This document shows positions 5,210 to 6,786 of a stretch of 6,786 nt of DNA, piece by piece. The stretch spans positions 1 to 6,786 of the forward strand of contig NW_021829205.1 in assembly GCF_006345805.1 (NCBI RefSeq), given 5' to 3'. Source of the stretch: Octopus sinensis. Lineage: Eukaryota. The translations under genes and the position numbers were made by a program. Within the stretch, counting starts at the first letter, position 1; each line of letters starts with the position of its first letter. The notes under the pieces are model-generated. The model saw only the letters and a program-made list of their open reading frames with translations. It had not been told where the DNA came from and searched no databases.

Positions 5210-6786
5210 GATTTTGATTTTGATTTTTCCAGTTTCAGCTAATGAGCTGTGGCCATGCTGGGGGCACCGCCATTTGGTTTGCTACACGGGTTTACCTCAC
5301 GATGCTTTTAGCAAAACGCCATCTGATGCATGAGAGAGTTCGATGCAGCTGCCCTCATCTGCAACTCCTGCCGTGAAGTGGTTCATCCGGGACACCTGAC
5401 AGGAAGAGATCCAGTCCTACTTTAAAGACATCCGCATCTACACCATGGCAGGTCCCTCAGGTTCTTCGGGAGGACATTGAAGAGCCGTGGGCCTCTGAAG
5501 CCCAGGCTATCACAATATCTTGTCCTACATCTTGATGGGCAATTTGGAGTCTTGGTACTACGCAATGGCGTCCGGTTCTGGCGTTTGTATGACTCTCGAT
5601 GCCAAAGTCTGGGACAGACCTTCCAGGATCTTCCAGATATATATTGGCAATCTTTCTCGCCTACGCTCCAGGGAATAGAGCTTTAATCTCTTGAGTCTCT
5701 CCCAGTAGCTGTATGCTGCACAGAGGCTATCTTCTTCGTGTAGCTTCGTTGGATCGCCTCAAGTTCTTGTGATCAACTGACACTGGATGGTGACCATAGC
5801 TGAGAGCAATAGTTAAAGTGGCTTAGGACAAGTGTCTTCCAGAGGACCATCATGGTTTCTTGTTCTCTTGTTCTAAAGGTTCTAAGAATCCATCAGCCAG
5901 CCGTCTGCATTTCATTGTCAGTTTAGCAACATGTACATGAAAGGTCGCGTCATCACTCATGTGAATACCCAGGTCACGCACTGATTGTGCCTCTGGGATG
6001 GCAATCCCTCGGGTCCAGTGTATTCATTGGGTATTGCATTCAGTTTTGCATGCTGATAGTATAAAGCTTGAAACTTTTCAGCATTGAACTGCATGCTATT
6101 CTTTTCAGCCCACTTCTATATTTCGTCCAGCTCACATTGCAGGTTTTAGTGTCTTCAGGGTTCTGTATTGCCTGTGAAACTTTTGTATCATCTGCATAAA
6201 ATTGTGATCGTGGCTCTCCGCGTGGCTGAGGGCATGTCTGAGAGGGCCATTATGAACAGTAGTGGTCCCAAAACAGTGCCCTGCGGAACACCGCTCACTA
6301 TTTGCGTGCTAATGGGAGTGGCCCCATTGGCTGCTACCACCTGACTTCTATTCTTCAGAAAGTCATGAAGCCATTCTCCTAGTTTTCCAACTATGCCAAG
6401 ATCACGCAGTTTGTGACATATCATTCCATGATCGACTTTATCGAAGGCCTTTGCGAAATCGAGATTTCCACATTTGAGTGGTTGAGCAGTTGTTTCAGCA
6501 CCCAGTCATAGTGCTGCAGGAGCTGAGTTAAGCAGCTTCTCTGGTCGGAAAACCATTGTGGTGTCAGGCAGCAAGTCATTTTCTTCAAGGAAGGGATTAG
6601 TTTCCTTCTGACTATTCGTTCCATGACCTTGCTGATGTGTGAGGTCAGAGAGATAGTCTGTAGTTCTTGGCCTCCGCTCTGCTACCTCCTTTATGAATAG
6701 GACATATTTTACCTTCCTTCAGTTTTCTTGGAAGTTTGCCAGCTGCAAGGAAGCTCTGAAAGAGGAACTGCAGTGGTCTTGCTAGG
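5210..6786 (-). mobile_element. CR1-like LINE (family B): RT domain, ORF2 C-terminus, short 3' UTR and (AAAATC)3 tail; continues beyond the window
   Basis: Reconstructed minus-strand protein: ...CPIHKGGSRAEAKNYRPISLTSHISKVMERIV...HGFRPxRSCLTQLL...LDFAKAFDKVDHG...SGVPQGTVLGPLLF...YADDTKV...QFNAEKF...VRDLGI...YCSQLWSP...YWERLKRLKLYSLERRRER...GPRLFNVLP...AAASNSL...VR*. PQG at 6286-6278, YADD at 6198-6187, stop at 5294-5292, tail at 5228-5210. Confidence 0.93.
5292..6786 (-). pseudogene. Frameshifted LINE ORF2 (reverse transcriptase and C-terminal region), 5'-incomplete in this window
   Basis: ORFs 6421..6624 and 6188..6424 are fragments. The RT motifs are in the correct order but are broken by roughly 15 small indels (hand count) and one clear in-frame TAG at 6118-6116. 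Confidence 0.9.

Noticed and set aside
5477-5686. 69-aa plus-strand ORF
   Set aside because: Antisense to LINE ORF2, with no independent support.

Overview
AT-rich, microsatellite-dense animal genomic DNA. The SINE resembles the tRNA-derived octopus OK/OR-type families, so the source is probably a cephalopod (inference). No intact host protein-coding gene is supported; the supplied ORFs are microsatellite translations or LINE fragments. The window holds five kinds of mobile element: (1) a 5'-truncated CR1-like LINE at 1033-1446 (+) with a perfect 12-14 bp target-site duplication; (2) a probable Penelope-like repeat remnant carrying a minimal hammerhead-ribozyme-like fold at 2245-2282; (3) a head-to-tail pair of tRNA-derived SINEs at 2801-3386; (4) a non-autonomous Helitron at 4722-5208 (-) with three ~100-bp internal tandem repeats; (5) a second, frameshifted CR1-like LINE with an RT domain at 5210-6786 (-), which runs off the window. 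The best leads are a textbook recursive-splice-site-like signal on the minus strand (pyrimidine tract-CAG|GTAAGT at 4625/4624, followed by a 67-nt cryptic exon), a 3' tail shared by the SINE and the second LINE whose hairpin shows two compensatory base-pair swaps, and the variant hammerhead. All alignments and translations were done by hand and no database searches were run.
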